64,000 nt of DNA from Chiloscyllium plagiosum (lineage: Eukaryota). The stretch is taken from the NCBI RefSeq assembly GCF_004010195.1, contig NC_057742.1, positions 32,315,101 through 32,379,100 of the forward strand. The letters are read 5' to 3'. Position numbers and translations under genes: made by a program. Below, piece by piece: positions 12,571-25,620 of the stretch (position 1 is its first letter; each line of letters starts with the position of its first letter). The notes beneath the pieces were generated by a model that did no database searches, had not been told where the DNA came from, and was given only the letters and a program-made list of their open reading frames with translations.

Positions 12571-15500
12571 TTATTCCAGTAGGTTTATGGCTTTTTCCAA
12601 GTTTTTCCTGCTTTCATTGCGGATCATTTCCCAGGCACATCTATTGTACCCCTATAAAGAGAACAAGAATTAATACCTAGAAGAACAAATACTATAGTCA
12701 CAGAATTAATTAACCAATGTAAAAGCTTTTAATCATTAGAAGGCTTTTTCCTGCTCAATGTAGGATAAATTATACATATACCTTATTTTGCAGAAACATT
12801 CTCAGCTTTTGGAAATATGTACGAATTCTTTTTCTCCCAAACATTTTAAAGTCTGACTGATGTTCTCCTAAATCCTGACTGAGCTCCTTCAGCTGCTGAA
12901 ACAGAAGCATTGCAAACTCCTCCAATCCATTCTTGTCCCACATACTGGAACAGGCATTTGTTCTATAAAGCTTGCTGGTGTGGCGCAATATTTGATAGAA
13001 GATCATAATTTTGTCCTCAGCCTGTATAAAATGCACAACATACTACTCAGCTAATGGTGAAAAGCTTATGAATGCATGAATGTGTTTGAGGGGAAGCTCG
13101 AAAAGCACATGAGGAAAAAGAAATAGAGGTATATGATAAATTGAGATGAAGTAAGTAGGGAAGGACCTAATATGGAAGGCAAACTTTGATATGGACCTTA
13201 ATTTTAAAAATCAAATTACTGTGGATGCTGCAAATCTGAAATAAGAACAAAATAATTTAGAAATATTCAGCAGGTCAGTTAGCATCTGTGTAGAAAAATA
13301 AAATTGATAACCAGGTCATGATTACCTTTCATCTGAACTGAAAAGCCATTTAAACCAGAAACATTAATCCTGTTTCTCTCCTCAGATGCAGTCCAACCTG
13401 CAGAATATTTCCAACACTTATTTGATTTGATTTTAGGTATCATTCAATGGCCTGTACATGATATTCATTTGTAATTTTATTGGTTAGTCACATATAAAAC
13501 CTTTTTTAAGAAAACACTTTTTTCTAAACAAAATACACTGACTTGAAGTTGCTGCTAGTTTGTACCTGTGGAGTCACATTCCATCCCATGAAGACAAAGT
13601 CCATGGAGACCCCAACAGACATGACGGCATCCCTGGAGATGTGAACAAGTCCTTCTCATCTCATAGAAGTAGAAAATGGATCATCAAAAGGAGTTAATGG
13701 CTGGGACAGTAAAAACATTGATCACCTCAGCTATAAGGCAATAGCTAAAGGGAAGCTTTATGAGATATGAAACAGTCTTCAATATCTTTTGGAACATACA
13801 ACCAAAATAGATAGAGCTATTGTGATATCACTTTTGTGTGAAAGTTTTATTCACATTTGAGCAGAGAGCACACAAGTAAACAATCTTTCTCTTTTTCTGT
13901 ACAATACACCTGTTAGGCAATGAAGCCCACCCTGCTGAGAAACAAAAGTGTGTCTATGATCTTACAGCAGACATAGTTTTTACGGAAAGCTGTTGGAGTT
14001 CTACAACACTGATTTCTAGGAGAAAGGAGGATTCGCAACCATAACTTCAAATTAACTGCTTCAGCTGATGAAATCTGTGGATGCAAACAATGAACATGTA
14101 CTGACTGTCCTTTTTATTAATCTGTATTTTAACTTGGCCAAGTTTATCCTCTATATTTTTTCCTATTCCTTACTTGGGGCCTTGGGTTCATGTTGCACTA
14201 CAGGTTACCCAACCACACAATGCACTCTCATACATAGCTGAAACATGTGTTGCTGGAAAAGCGCAGCAACGCAGGAGGCTAAGCCCTTCTCCTGCTCCTT
14301 GGATGCTGCCTGACCTGCTGCGCTTTTCCAACAACACATTTTTCAGCTCTGATATCCAGCATCTGCAGTCCTCACCTTCTCCTACTCTCATACATACACG
14401 AACACACTCATGCAAACACACTCACATAGACCTTCCTCGCTAAATAACCTGAATCTGCATTCTACAACTATACATAATATAATCTTCTGACAATTGTCAA
14501 CTCCCTACCTGCTCTAAATTTTCTTGCCCTCTTCTTCTGAAGTCACTTCCTCTTGCTAGCTACAGTTCCACAGAAACTAAAAGGTCTCTGGTGCAAAGTG
14601 ACCACTGTCAAGATGTCTGAACCTTGATGAGTGTTGACGAATAGCTGATAGGGGTGGGGTGGAGGGGAGGGGAGATGTGGGACATCATAACTCATGCAAA
14701 TCCATATATATTTTTAGCAAAGCTCAGTGGATAGCAATTTGGAGCAAGATTTGAACTTCATATTTTGCTTTCAGTTATCATTTAATGAATGGTGAAAATA
14801 GTGAGAAAATTAGGAAGATAGGCTTGCTGTGGTTCGTCAATGATTTTATGAAACAGAACAATGTAATCAATATTACATAAATTGTAAAACATTTCATTGA
14901 TTTGTAAACTTAATTTTTAAAATTGTAATTGTTCTATTAGTATTTTAAGCATCATAATGATTCAGCATCAGAGAGATAGAATAGTACTTTTACACTCTCG
15001 GGACCAAAGTTTTAATTTAGCCTAAGGTGAAAGATGAAAGTCTTCCCATTCTGTTGGTGTTAGGGCAATATTTAAAATGTTATTAAACAATCTCAACACT
15101 CTATGGTAGCTATGGCTTCAAAAGCAAAAATGTTGAATACCACAATGTGATTTTGACACAAATTGAATTATCTCACACAGAAGATTTATAAGGAGAAATG
15201 ATGTTAGGAATCAGAACTGGTGCTTAAGGAATGCTTTGATGGCATTTGATGGCACAGGCATAGTAACAGCAATCTTAATCTGCATCTAAATTAGACACTG
15301 CCCACAAATGTATTCTTTCCTTGAGTCATGGGGTTAGCTCTTGTCAGAGTTGCCTCAAACTCTGCCTTCTTATTAATTCTCTTGCCTTTTCTGTCACCTG
15401 CATTTATCACAGTGTTGAAATCACCTGCATATTAAATTACCTGGCAATACGTTGTATTGTCTCCCACTCTAACACATTCACTCCTCGGAACAATAACTAT

Positions 15501-16350
15501 AATAGTAGCAAGACTTTTCACCTTTCTTTTATCGATTAACAATTCATTCATATCTTTTCAACATTTTTATGCCCTATGTTCCAGGTCTTGCCACTTCATT
15601 TCAATTTCCTAATAATGGAAAGTTTGAAAGAATTGGTAAAATTTGATTGCAGTTACCTGCATTTCCATTATTCACTTTGGAACTCTCCTGCAACATGTTT
15701 GAAATTAAACACCTGTCAGCTTCAATGTTAATTACCTTTGCCTATTGTCTAAGGTGCAATGGCACCTTCAAAGTTGGGCTTCTGAATACATTGTCATTAT
15801 CAGAAGTGCCATCTATCACCGATCTGCTCAGATGGATGTACTGAGAACCTAAGGCACCATTTCAGAGATGAGCGAGGGAATTTGTCCTGGTATCCTGGAC
15901 AATATTTGAGCTAACATCACACTTCCTACATTACAATCTTCAGAAGCGCTTAACTGGCTGTTAATTCTTCTGGGACGCCCCTTCTATTTCTGTTTTCTCA
16001 ATCTCTGGAATGCATTCATCACAATTAAAGCAAAACGCACAGATTACCTTCGCATTTTTTCCAATCTCCGTCAGGTCAAGGCTTTTGATCTCCATCCCCT
16101 GCTTTCTACAATGAACTGGAAAGGCGCCCCCCTAAAGCAAGAGCAGAGATAGTGTTAAGACATTAGACTCCGCGTTCGGAAGTTCAACTGCATTGAATCC
16201 CATCCGTAAACTCACCATTGCATTCAATATTTCCAAAATTTCGCTGGTGAAACGCCGGTGGAGTTCCATCCTTATTGGATAGTTCTGACTCAAGGCCCCA
16301 AGCAACAGGAACAATGGAAGAACAAATTGCCAAGTGCAAGCCAACGCCAT
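12571..16350 (-). CDS. Type I interferon, 4 exons (IFN-A), 179 aa; retains only the C2-C4 pair plus one extra Cys
   Basis: Exons (minus): 16350-16216 MALACTWQFVLPLFLLLGALSQNYPIRMELHRRFTSEILEILNAM; 16131-16048 GGAFPVHCRKQGMEIKSLDLTEIGKNAK; 13021-12782 AEDKIMIFYQILRH...WDKNGLEEF...TYFQKLRMFLQNK; 12651-12571 GYNRCAWEMIRNESRKNLEKAINLLE*. All introns are GT-AG, phase 0 (84, 3026, 130 nt). Signal peptide, M|GG-FP-C, YF-L-FL and CAWE motifs are type I IFN hallmarks. Confidence 0.93.
14237..14383. mobile_element. Internally deleted palindromic Penelope-like element in IFN-A intron 2
   Basis: Arms 14245-14268 and 14316-14339; TSD ACTCTCATACATA at 14224-14236 and 14384-14396; the hammerhead core is deleted. 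Confidence 0.7.
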
Positions 16351-16544
16351 GCTCCACAGCAAATCTGACCTTTAGTGCCACAAAGTGAATAGTGTGAATA
16401 AAAAGTCCACGTTCAGTATGGAGAAAATTAACGAATAGGGTCTACCGAGTGCCTAAGCTGCTGGACATAGGCTCCGTCCTGTGACTGGACGGAATTGGCT
16501 ATCGGCCGTCAAATAAACCGTATTCTACACACACAACTGTTTAC

Positions 16545-16785
16545 ATCACAAAAATGAAAAATAGTCACATTCATTTTCTGATCTGAGAGGTAAGAAAATG
16601 ATTTCGATGAGGAAAAGTACCGTGCATGTACGTCATGTGTAATCATCGTTGGCAGAGAAAGTACCCGAACAATCAGTTTTTATTTCAGTCAGTTTAGGGC
16701 ATGTGTTGGTCTAAGCGGGACTAGTGCAAAGAGCCAAAAATATCAGGCTACCAAAATAGTGAGTGAAATTGGGACTTCCACAGCA
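16545..16785 (-). promoter_or_regulatory. IFN-A upstream region with IRF/ISRE-like and kappaB-like motifs
   Basis: GAAAATGAA (minus, 16570-16578), GGAAAAGTACC (16611-16621), GGGTACTTTCTC (minus, 16655-16666), AGTTTTTATTTC (16675-16686) and GGGACTTCC (16771-16779), all 200-430 nt upstream of the ATG. Motif match only. Confidence 0.5.
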
Positions 16786-19125
16786 GCCGGCAGCACCGTG
16801 GGGAAGACATGCAAATAATTCTACCTGACCTGTGTGGGGCATCAAACTTGGGAAATCTCTACAGCTGCCCTTGTGGTTGTGGGGCGAAAGAAGGCGGGCG
16901 AGGGATGTTTCACTGAGAAAGCTGCTTTTGGGGAGCGTTTGGGTGGGAGATTCGGGGGGGGAAATAAATAAGCCAGAAGTTTCTCTTCAATTAACGCCAC
17001 TATAGTAATGTGTGATGTAAAGCTAAACAAGGAGAAACTTATAACACTAAACAATAATCCATGCTTATGTCGGTGAATTCTCACTCATAGGTTCTGAACG
17101 AAAATTAATTTCCCAAACTAAATATGGGACAAGATAACTAAGGCCGAGGAAATAAAGGGTACTTGGACCATGGGATGAGGATGTGGGAAGGGTGAGGGGG
17201 TTCGTGGTTGATGATCAAATATGAGGTGACCATAAAGGAGTAGGCTTTGAGGCAACCAACACGTACAACTTCTGTTGAGGAGTCACACTATTCCCATGAA
17301 CCTGTTGGCTTCCTCTCAGCAACCCGGCTTTAATCACTGGCCGAACGCTTCACATTTTTTCCTCCAGCTGTCCTAGAATACGGGGGCAAAGGCGTCCCTT
17401 GAGGGAAACAGGGCAAAGAAACAATCAAAATAGGAGACAGTCCCTCAAAATAAGGCATAGTTGCTGAATGTGTTAAATGTTCTGTTCATATAGAAAGACT
17501 AGGCAGGCTGGCCTAATTGCTGAGCTCCTACATTCCTCTGGGTGGCGATGTACTATTACACTCAGAGGAACTTTACTGAAGAGAAACATCTAAGATCAAC
17601 TTAATTTCGTCATCATATAAAGATGATGGGGAAGCCCTTGAGGTGGTGTGGTAGTGTCCCTATCTCTGAGCCAGGAAGGCCAGGTTCACCTTAGCTCAGA
17701 GTTGTATCATTACATCACTGAACAGGTTAAATAGAAAATAGTTTCTTCTAAGAAAGATGTTGTGGCCATATTGGCAATACCCTACCTATATGCCAGGAGG
17801 CTCAGGTTCATGTCCTACCTGATCCAGAAGTCATAGAATTATAGAGTTTCAAAAGATAGAAGCAGGCCATTCGACCCACTTATTCCGCACCAACCCTCCA
17901 AACAGCATTCCACCCAGACCCACCCCCTACCCTATTCCTTTAACCCTGTATTTCCCATGGCTTACCTACACATCCCTGGACACTGCGGGCAATTTGGCAT
18001 GGCCAATCCACCTAACCCACACATTCTTGCCAAGACATATCTAAACAGGTTGACTATAAATAGGAGCTGTCGTGGCAGTGTCCTTACCTCTGATCTGAGT
18101 TCATGTTCCACCTGTTCTCGGGGTGTGTTATAACACATGTGAACAGGGAGATTAAAAATACCAATAAAGTTGATGGAGTTGTTGACTAGCCACAGCAGTC
18201 TTTTTTTTCCCAGATACCTACAATACACTGAAACATGGTGATATTTTGGAGCTGTAAGTCCAAAATTTATTTAGCTCCCAGCATTCTGTATTCAGCAAAT
18301 ACTATGTTTCAAATTACTATTACATTGCATGTTGAAAATTTTTTTTGGAAAAAATCCATCTCACATAAATGCAAAAAAAATCAATAGCAGCAGCTTCCTT
18401 TTAGTCACTTGTAGCCTGCTGTCAACTTGCTTCCTAAAATATAGTGTTTCACCAGATTAGTGTCATAGAGTCATAACGATGTACAGCATGGAAACAGACC
18501 CTTCGGTCCAACCTGTCCATGCCGACCAGATATCCCAACCCAATCTAGTCCCACGTGCCAGCACCCGGCCCATATCCCTCCAAACCCTTCCTATTCATAT
18601 ACTCATCCAAATGCCTCTTAAATGTTGCAATTGTACCAGCCTCCACCACTTACTCTCACAGCTCATTCCATACACCTACCACCCTCTGCATGAAAACGTT
18701 GCCCCTTAGGTCTCTTTTATATCTTTCCCCTCTCACCCTAAACATATGCCCTCTAGTTCTGGACTCCCCGACCCCAGAGAAAAGACTTTGTCGATTTATC
18801 CTATCCATGCCCCTCATAATTTTGTAAACCTCTATAAGGTCACCCCTCAGCCTCTGACGCTCCAGGGAAAACAGCCCCAGCCTATTCAACCTCTCCCTAT
18901 AGCTCAAATCCTCCAACTCTGGCACCATCCTTGTAAATCTTTTTTGAACCCTTTCAAGTTTCACAACATCTTTCCGATAGGAAGGAGACCAGAATTGCAT
19001 GCAATATTCCAACAGTAGCCTAACCAATGTCCTGTACAGCCGCAACATGACCTCCCAACTCCTATACTCAGTACTCTGACCAATAAAGGAAAGCATACCA
19101 AACACCTTCTTCACTATCCTATCTA

Positions 19126-19208
19126 GGTAAAAACAATGACTGCAGATACTGGAAACCAGATTCTAGATTAGCATGATGCTGTCTGAACTGCTGTGCTTTT
19201 CCAGCACC
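19126..19208. mobile_element. Short Penelope-like terminal fragment with 15-bp TSD
   Basis: Flanked by TCACTATCCTATCTA at 19111-19125 and 19209-19223; contains the family motif CTGCTGTGCTTTTCCAGCA. Confidence 0.7.
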
Positions 19209-19524
19209 TCACTATCCTATCTACCTGTGACTCCACTTTCAAGGAGCTATGAACCTGCACTCCAAGGTCTCTTTGTTCAGCAACACTCCCTAGGACTTTA
19301 CCATTAAGTGTATAAGTTCTGTTAAGATTTGCTTTCCCAAAATGCAGCAGCTCGCATTTAACTGAATTAAATTCCATCTGCCACTTCTCAGCCCATTTGC
19401 CCATCTGGTCCAGATCCTGTTGTAATCTGAGGTAACCCTCTTCACTGTCCACTACACCTCCAATTTGGTGTCATCTGAAAACTGACTAACCGTACCTCTT
19501 ATGCTCGCATCCAAATCATTTATG

Positions 19525-19743
19525 GAGAAAGTGAGGACTGCAGCTGCTGGAGATCAGAGCTGAAAATGTGTTGCTGGAAAAGTGCAGCAGGTCAGGCAGC
19601 ATCCAAGGAACAGGAGAATCGACGTTTCGGGCATAAGCCCTTCTTCAGGAATCCTGAAGAAGGGCTTATGCCCGAAACATTGATTCTCCTGTTCCTTGGA
19701 TGCTGCCTGACCTGCTGCGCTTTTCCAGCAACACATTTTCAGC
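19525..19743. mobile_element. Palindromic Penelope-like element with back-to-back minimal hammerhead ribozyme motifs
   Basis: About 185-nt near-perfect palindrome (19558-19744); TSD TCCAAATCATTTATG at 19510-19524 and 19744-19758; CTGAAGA-A-GGGC-TTAT-GCCC-GAAA on both strands. Confidence 0.8.
19649..19686 (+). ncRNA. Minimal type I hammerhead ribozyme motif
   Basis: GAATC [CTGAAGA 19654-19660] A GGGC TTAT GCCC [GAAA 19674-19677] CA TT GATTC; stem I GAATC/GATTC, stem II GGGC/GCCC. Confidence 0.65.
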
Positions 19744-21939
19744 TCCAAATCATTTATGTAAATGACAAAACATAGAGGACCCAGCACCAATCCTTGTGGC
19801 ACTCCACTGGTCACAGGCCTCCAGTCTGAAAAACAACCCTCCACCACCACCCTCTGTTGACTTCCTTTGAGCCAGTTCTGTATCCAAATGGCTAGTTCTC
19901 CCTGTATTCCGTGAGATCTAACCTTGCTAATCAGTCTCCCATGGGGAACCTTGTCAAATGCCTTACTGAAGTCCATATAGATCACATCTACTGCTCTGCC
20001 CTCATCAATCTTCTTTGTTACTTCTTCAAAAGACTCAATCAAGTTTGTGAGACATGATTTCCCACGTGCAAAGCCATGTTGACTATCCCTAATGAGTCCT
20101 TTCTTTTCCAAATACATGTACATCCTGTCCCTCAGGATTCCCTCCAACAACTTGCCCACCACTGAGGTCAGGCTCACCGGTCTATAGTTCCCTGGCTTGT
20201 CCTTACCTCCCTTCTTAAACAGTGGCACCACGTTTGCCAACCTCCAGTCTTCCGGCATCTCACCTGTGACTATCAATGATACAAATATCTCAGCAATCAC
20301 TTCTCTAGCTTCCCACAGAGTTCTCAGGTACACCTGATCAGGTCATGGGGATTTATCCACCTTTAACCGTTTCAAGACATCCAGCACTTTCTCCACTATA
20401 ACCTGGACATTTTGCAAGATGTCCCCTTTTATTTCCCTACAGTCTATATCTTCCATATCCTTTTCCACAGTAAATACTGATACAAAATATTCATTTAGTA
20501 TCTCCCCCATTTTCTGTGGCTCCACACAAAGGCCGCCTTGCTGACCTTTGAGGGGCACTATTCTTTCCCTGGTTACCCTTTTTTCCTTAATATATTTGTA
20601 AAAACCTTTTGGATTCTCCTTAATTCTATTTGCCAAAGCTATCTCATGTCCCACCTGATTTCCCTCTTAAGTATACTCCTACTTCCTTTATACTCTAAGG
20701 ATTCACTTGATCTATCCTGTCTATACCTGACATATGCTTCCTTCCTTTTCTAAACCAAACCCTCAATTTTTTAGTCATCCAGCATTTCCTATACCTACCA
20801 GCCTTCCCTTTCACTCTGACAGGAATATACTTTCTCTGGATTCTTGTTATCTCATTTCTGAAGGCTTCCCATTTTCCAGCCGGCCCTTTACCTGAGAACA
20901 TCTGCCTCCAATCAGCTTTCGAAAGTTCTTGCCTAATACCGTCAAAATTGGTCTTTCTCCAGTTTAGAACTTCAACTTTTAGATCTAGTCTATCCTTTTC
21001 CATCATGATTTTAAAATGAATAGAATTATGGTCACTGGCCCCAAAGTGCTCCCCCACTGACACCTCAGTCACCTGCCCTGCCTTATTTCCCAAGAGTAGG
21101 TCAAGCTTTGCACCTTCTCTCGTAGGTACATCCACATACTGAATCAGAAAATTGTCTTGTACGCACTTAAGAAATTCCTCTTCATGTAAACCTTTAACAC
21201 TATGGCAGTTGTGAAACTGCCCCCTTTAAACACAATCTGTTTCCTCTGGTTTTGCTGCTCTGCAGAATTTGAAATAGACTGTCATTGTCAAGATTTCCAC
21301 ATTTCATTAAAATATTAATTATGGCAATGACATCACTTCCCAAACTTTTCCACACCGGTGCGAATTTGCCCAATTACATACTCTCTCCTCCAAATCTAGT
21401 TGCTTCACCCACTCAGGTTTTCTTGGTTCACCTTTTTTGCACCTTTTTTCATGTTTGCCCTTTTCTCTGTCATGACTTGCTTCCTCTCTGTCCAACGAAA
21501 TTGATCCTGTTGTGTCAAACTCAATACTTATAGCCTTTGTGACTGCAGTCCTGTCTTCTGCTCCAATATGCCATTCTATCTTCTATGAGATATTAGACAG
21601 AAATCACCACTCAATCCTTCACAGTCATCTCTTGATGCCCTCCTCTTATTGTTCGACTCACAACTGTCCCAAAATATCCAACATACCTGCATGACCCTTT
21701 TCCGTCTCCTACATATTCATGCACGATGCTCCCTGCTTTTCATTTGTGTGATCTCCTCCATTGTTGTCCATAGGTGCTGAGGTAGTTTTTAAATGCCTGA
21801 GGTTGTGTGAAGTAAGAGAACTCTTAGCTCTGTGCCAGAAGCTTATGGATTCAAACACCAATTAAGGAGCTAAGAAAATAATTCATACTTCACTGATATA
21901 ATGGGGAAGTGCCACTTTTCCAGTAAATATGTTTTTTTT

Positions 21940-22255
21940 TTAGATTAGATTACTTACAGTGTGGAAACAGGCCCTTCAGCCCAACAAGTCCACACCGACC
22001 CGCCGAAGCACAACCCACCCATACCCCTACATGTACCCCTTTTTACCTAACACTACGGGCAATTTAGCATGGCCAATTCACCTGACCTGCACATCTTTGG
22101 ACTGTGGGAGGAAACCGGAGCACCCGGAGGAAACCCACACAGACACGGGGAGAATGTGCAAACTCCACACAGTCAGTCGCCTGAGTCGGGAATTGAACCC
22201 GGGTCTCTGGCGCTGTGAGGCAGCAGTGCTAACCACTGTGCTACCATGCCGCCCC
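21940..22255 (-). mobile_element. tRNA-derived SINE with CR1-like 3' tail (shark-type SINE)
   Basis: On minus: tRNA-like head with A box (TAGCACAGTGGTTAG) and B box (GGTTCAATTCC), and tail GGCCTGTTTCCACACTGTAAGTAATCTAATCTA; many copies in the window. Confidence 0.85.
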
Positions 22256-22429
22256 ATGTTCTTACAGCTTAAACATTACCTCCTTTCATAGCTCAAAATA
22301 TTTTGTGGCATTGTTCAAAAAGAAAAGAGCTGTTTAGCAGCATCATAGTGAACATTGGTCTTCAATCATGCCATTGAAAAGTAACATTCATGGCAGAAAA
22401 GTGACCAGTAATGAACGCCTTCAGTAAGA

Positions 22430-24095
22430 TTTGATTTGATTTCTTTTATTGTCACATGTATCTAAGTACAGTGAAAAGCTTTGTTAGTGAACAGTACAAG
22501 CAGATCATAGGAAGCAGAGACATACAGACAATAGGATGCTTAAACAGAGTGAGGCATAACGGTAAACAGGTGAGGCACACATGTTACACTGCGCAGGAGG
22601 TGCCTGAAGGAAAATCAACATTAACAGGATCAACATTATTTGAAGTTAGAGTCCATTCAGCAGCCTAATAACAGCAGGGAAGAAGCTGTTCTTGAACCTG
22701 TTGGTGCATATCGTCAAGCTTCTGGATCTTCTGCGTGATCAAAGAGGTTTTAGGCGAGCTTTGCTGGGGTGGGAGGGGTCTTTGCTGATGCCTCTCATGG
22801 CAAAGAGATGTATAACTGGAGTCCATGGATGGAAAGTTGGCTTCCAAGATGGTCTGAGCTGTGCACACAACCTTGTGTAGTTTCTTATGGTCCTGGGCAG
22901 AGATGTCGTACCAGGCCATTATGCATCCAGATAATATGCTTTCTATGGTGAATCTGTCAAAGTTGGTGAGGGTCTTTATGGACATGCCAAATTTCCTAAG
23001 CTTCCAGAGGAAGAAGAGGTGTTGTTGTGCCTGCTTGCCAATCACATCTACATGGTAAGTCCAGAACGGGTTGTTAAATATTGTTGTTCTTAGGAACTTG
23101 ATGTTCTCAAACGTCTCAACCTCCACTGCATTGATGAAGATGGGGGTGTGTTCTCTACCTTTCTTTCTGAAATCAATGATCAGCTGTTTTGTTTTGCCAT
23201 CATTGAGAGAGGGGCTGTTCTCCTTGCACCATGGCATCAAGCTCTCTATCTCCTTTCTGTTTTGTTACTAATTGTTGTTTGATATCCATCCTACCATGAT
23301 GGTGTTGTCAGAAAATTTGTAGATGCCGGTCATTTGGAATTTGGCAACACAGTCAGGGAGTACAGGCGGGGCCTGAGAATGCATCCTTGGACAGGGGGTG
23401 GGGCTCCAGTGTTGAAGATTATTGTGGAGGAGGTGCAGTTGTCACTGATTGCGGTCTGTGGATCAGGAAGCTGAGGATCCAGTTGAAGAGGGCAGAGCCG
23501 AGACCTAGGTCTCAAAGTTTTGAGATCAGTCCAGAGGGGATAATGGTGTTGAAGAATAGTCGATGAGCAGAAGTCTGACTTAAGTGTCCTTTTTCACCGT
23601 ATATTCCATGGATGAGTACAGGAGTAGTGCAATGGCATCTCCTGGGGAGCTGTTCTATCCGTAGGCAAGTTCCAGGGGATTGAGGCAGACTGCGAGGCTG
23701 GCAGCGTTGATTTGGGCTATGACCAGCCTCTTGAAGCACTTCACAATAATGGTGGTCAGCATCACTGGACATTAGTCATTAAGGCATGTTACGTATGCTT
23801 CCTTAGGTACCACGATGATGGTGTTCTTCTCGAAGCAGGTGGGGACTACGGCTTGTCGGAGAGAGAATTTGAAGATGCCAGTAAATACCTCCGCCATCTG
23901 GTCCTCACAGGATCTAAGTACATGGCCAGGAACTTTGTCTGGACCTGTTGCTTTCCTTGGGTTGACTTTCAGGAAGACTGACCTGATGGTGACAGATGGA
24001 TCAGGGACAAGTGATACCACGCCACTAGTGTTCTGCTTGAACTGGGCATAGGAAGGGTTAAATACATCAGGGAGGGATGTATTTTTGTCCAACAG
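22430..24095 (-). mobile_element. Rex1/Babar-like LINE, decayed RT and 3' end
   Basis: KATGPDKVPGHVLRSC, KTKQLIIDFRK, LFFLWKLRKF, IESILSGCIMAWY. Confidence 0.8.
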
Positions 24096-24519
24096 GGTCT
24101 AATCACCTCCTCTTAACATTCAATTGTTTTATCTTCAACAAATATCCTACCATCAAAACCATGGGAATTAATATTGATCAGAAATTTAACTGACCAGCCA
24201 AGTCAATAATGTGGTTATGACAAGGTCAGAGTGGATACTCTTCAGTAAGTGACTCACCTCCTGACTTCCTGAGATCTGTCCAACATCTCCAAAGTAGAAG
24301 CTAGATTGTGATAGAATACTTTGCACTTTCCAGGATGAGTGCAATTACAGCAGCACTCGAGAAGCTCAATACTGTTCAACCAAAAAAACAACCTGGTTTA
24401 TTTACACGCCATTCACCACCTTCTACATTCTCTCTCTCCACTACCATTGCTGCAGTGTGTACCACCTAAAAGATGCTCTGTAACACTTCATTAAAGCTTC
24501 TAGGTAGGGTCTTAAGGAA

Positions 24520-25170
24520 TCTTAAGGAACACAGGGATCTTGGAGTTCAGGTGCACGGTTCTCTGAAAATGGAGTCACAGGTAGACAGGGCAATGAAGAA
24601 GGCTTTTGGCACACTGGCCGTCATCAGTGAAGGCATTGAGTATTGAAGTTGGGAATGTATGTTGCAATTGTACAGGATGTTGATGAGTCCACACTTGGAG
24701 TATTGAGTTTATTTTTGGTCACCTTGTTATAGGAAGGATGTTATTAAGTTGGAAAGAGTGCAGAAGAAATTTACAAGGATGTTGCCTGGACTCAATAGTC
24801 TGAGTTATAGGGAGAGGCTGGACAAGCTAGAGCTTATTTTCTTTAGTGTATAGGAGACTAAGGGAGGACCTTATAGAGGTGTATAATTTCATGAGAGGCA
24901 TGGGTAGGGAGAATACATTAAGTCTTTTTCCCAAGGTTCGGGAATTGAGGGCGAGAGTGCATCAGTTTCAAGTTAGAGGAGAAAGAATAAAAGGCAATCT
25001 GGGGTGGGGGGCAACTTTTTTACACAGAGGGTGGTATGCATATAGAATGTGTTGCCAGCAGAAGTGGTTGAGGCAGGTGCATTAGTAAGATTTAAAAGGC
25101 ATTTGGGCAAACACATGGACAAGTACGATTTAGAAGCATGTGGACTGAGTGAAGGGAAATGGGGATAATA
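24520..25170 (+). mobile_element. CR1 LINE 3' fragment (decayed)
   Basis: RDLGVQVH, LERVQKKFTRMLPGL and RRLREDLIEVY motifs. Confidence 0.85.
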
Positions 25171-25620
25171 GACAATAGACAATGGGTGCAGGAGTAAGTC
25201 AATTCGCCCACCGAGCCTGCACCACTATTCAATATGATCATGGCTGATCATCCTTAATCAGTATCCTGTTCCTGCCTTATCTCCATAACCCTTGATTCCA
25301 CTATCCTTGAGAGCTCTACCCAACTCTTTCTTAAATGAATCCAGAGACTGAGCCTCCATTGCCCTCTGGGGCAGAGCATTCCACACAGCCACCACTCTCT
25401 GGGTGAACAAGTTTCTACTCATCTCTGTCCTAAATGGTCGCTGCCCTCCCTCAATAGCCAGAATGTCTTTCCTCAAATTTGGAGACCAGAACTGCACGCA
25501 GTACTCGAGGTGTGGTCTCACCAAGGCCCTGTACAGCTGCAGAAGCACCTCTTTGCTTCTACACACAATCCCTCTTGTTATGAAGGCCAGCATACTATTA
25601 GCCTTCTGCACTACCTGCTG
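25165..25620 (-). mobile_element. CR1 LINE 3' fragment with internal deletion
   Basis: LYRALVRPHLEYCVQFWSP joined directly to RPFRTEMSRNLFTQRVVAVWNALP; same subfamily as 1-416. Confidence 0.88.

Larger units (their letters stand above)
18460..21205 (-). mobile_element. CR1 LINE ORF2 (EN C-terminus, RT, 3' end) interrupted by two Penelope-like insertions
   Basis: LDLLLGN...[51 protein letters not shown]. Confidence 0.95.

Noticed and set aside
17635-18150. Short repeat (GTGGTAGTGTCCCTA...CTGAGCCAGGA) clustered upstream of IFN-A, with copies also upstream of B and D
   Set aside because: It also occurs far from any IFN gene (about 63915-64000) and looks like an abundant old repeat; no evidence for regulatory co-option.
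19566-19775. ORF giving the same peptide on both strands ([18 protein letters not shown]...)
   Set aside because: A consequence of the palindromic repeat, not a gene.
22180-22255. tRNA-like sequence with A and B boxes
   Set aside because: It is the head of a multi-copy SINE, not a tRNA gene.
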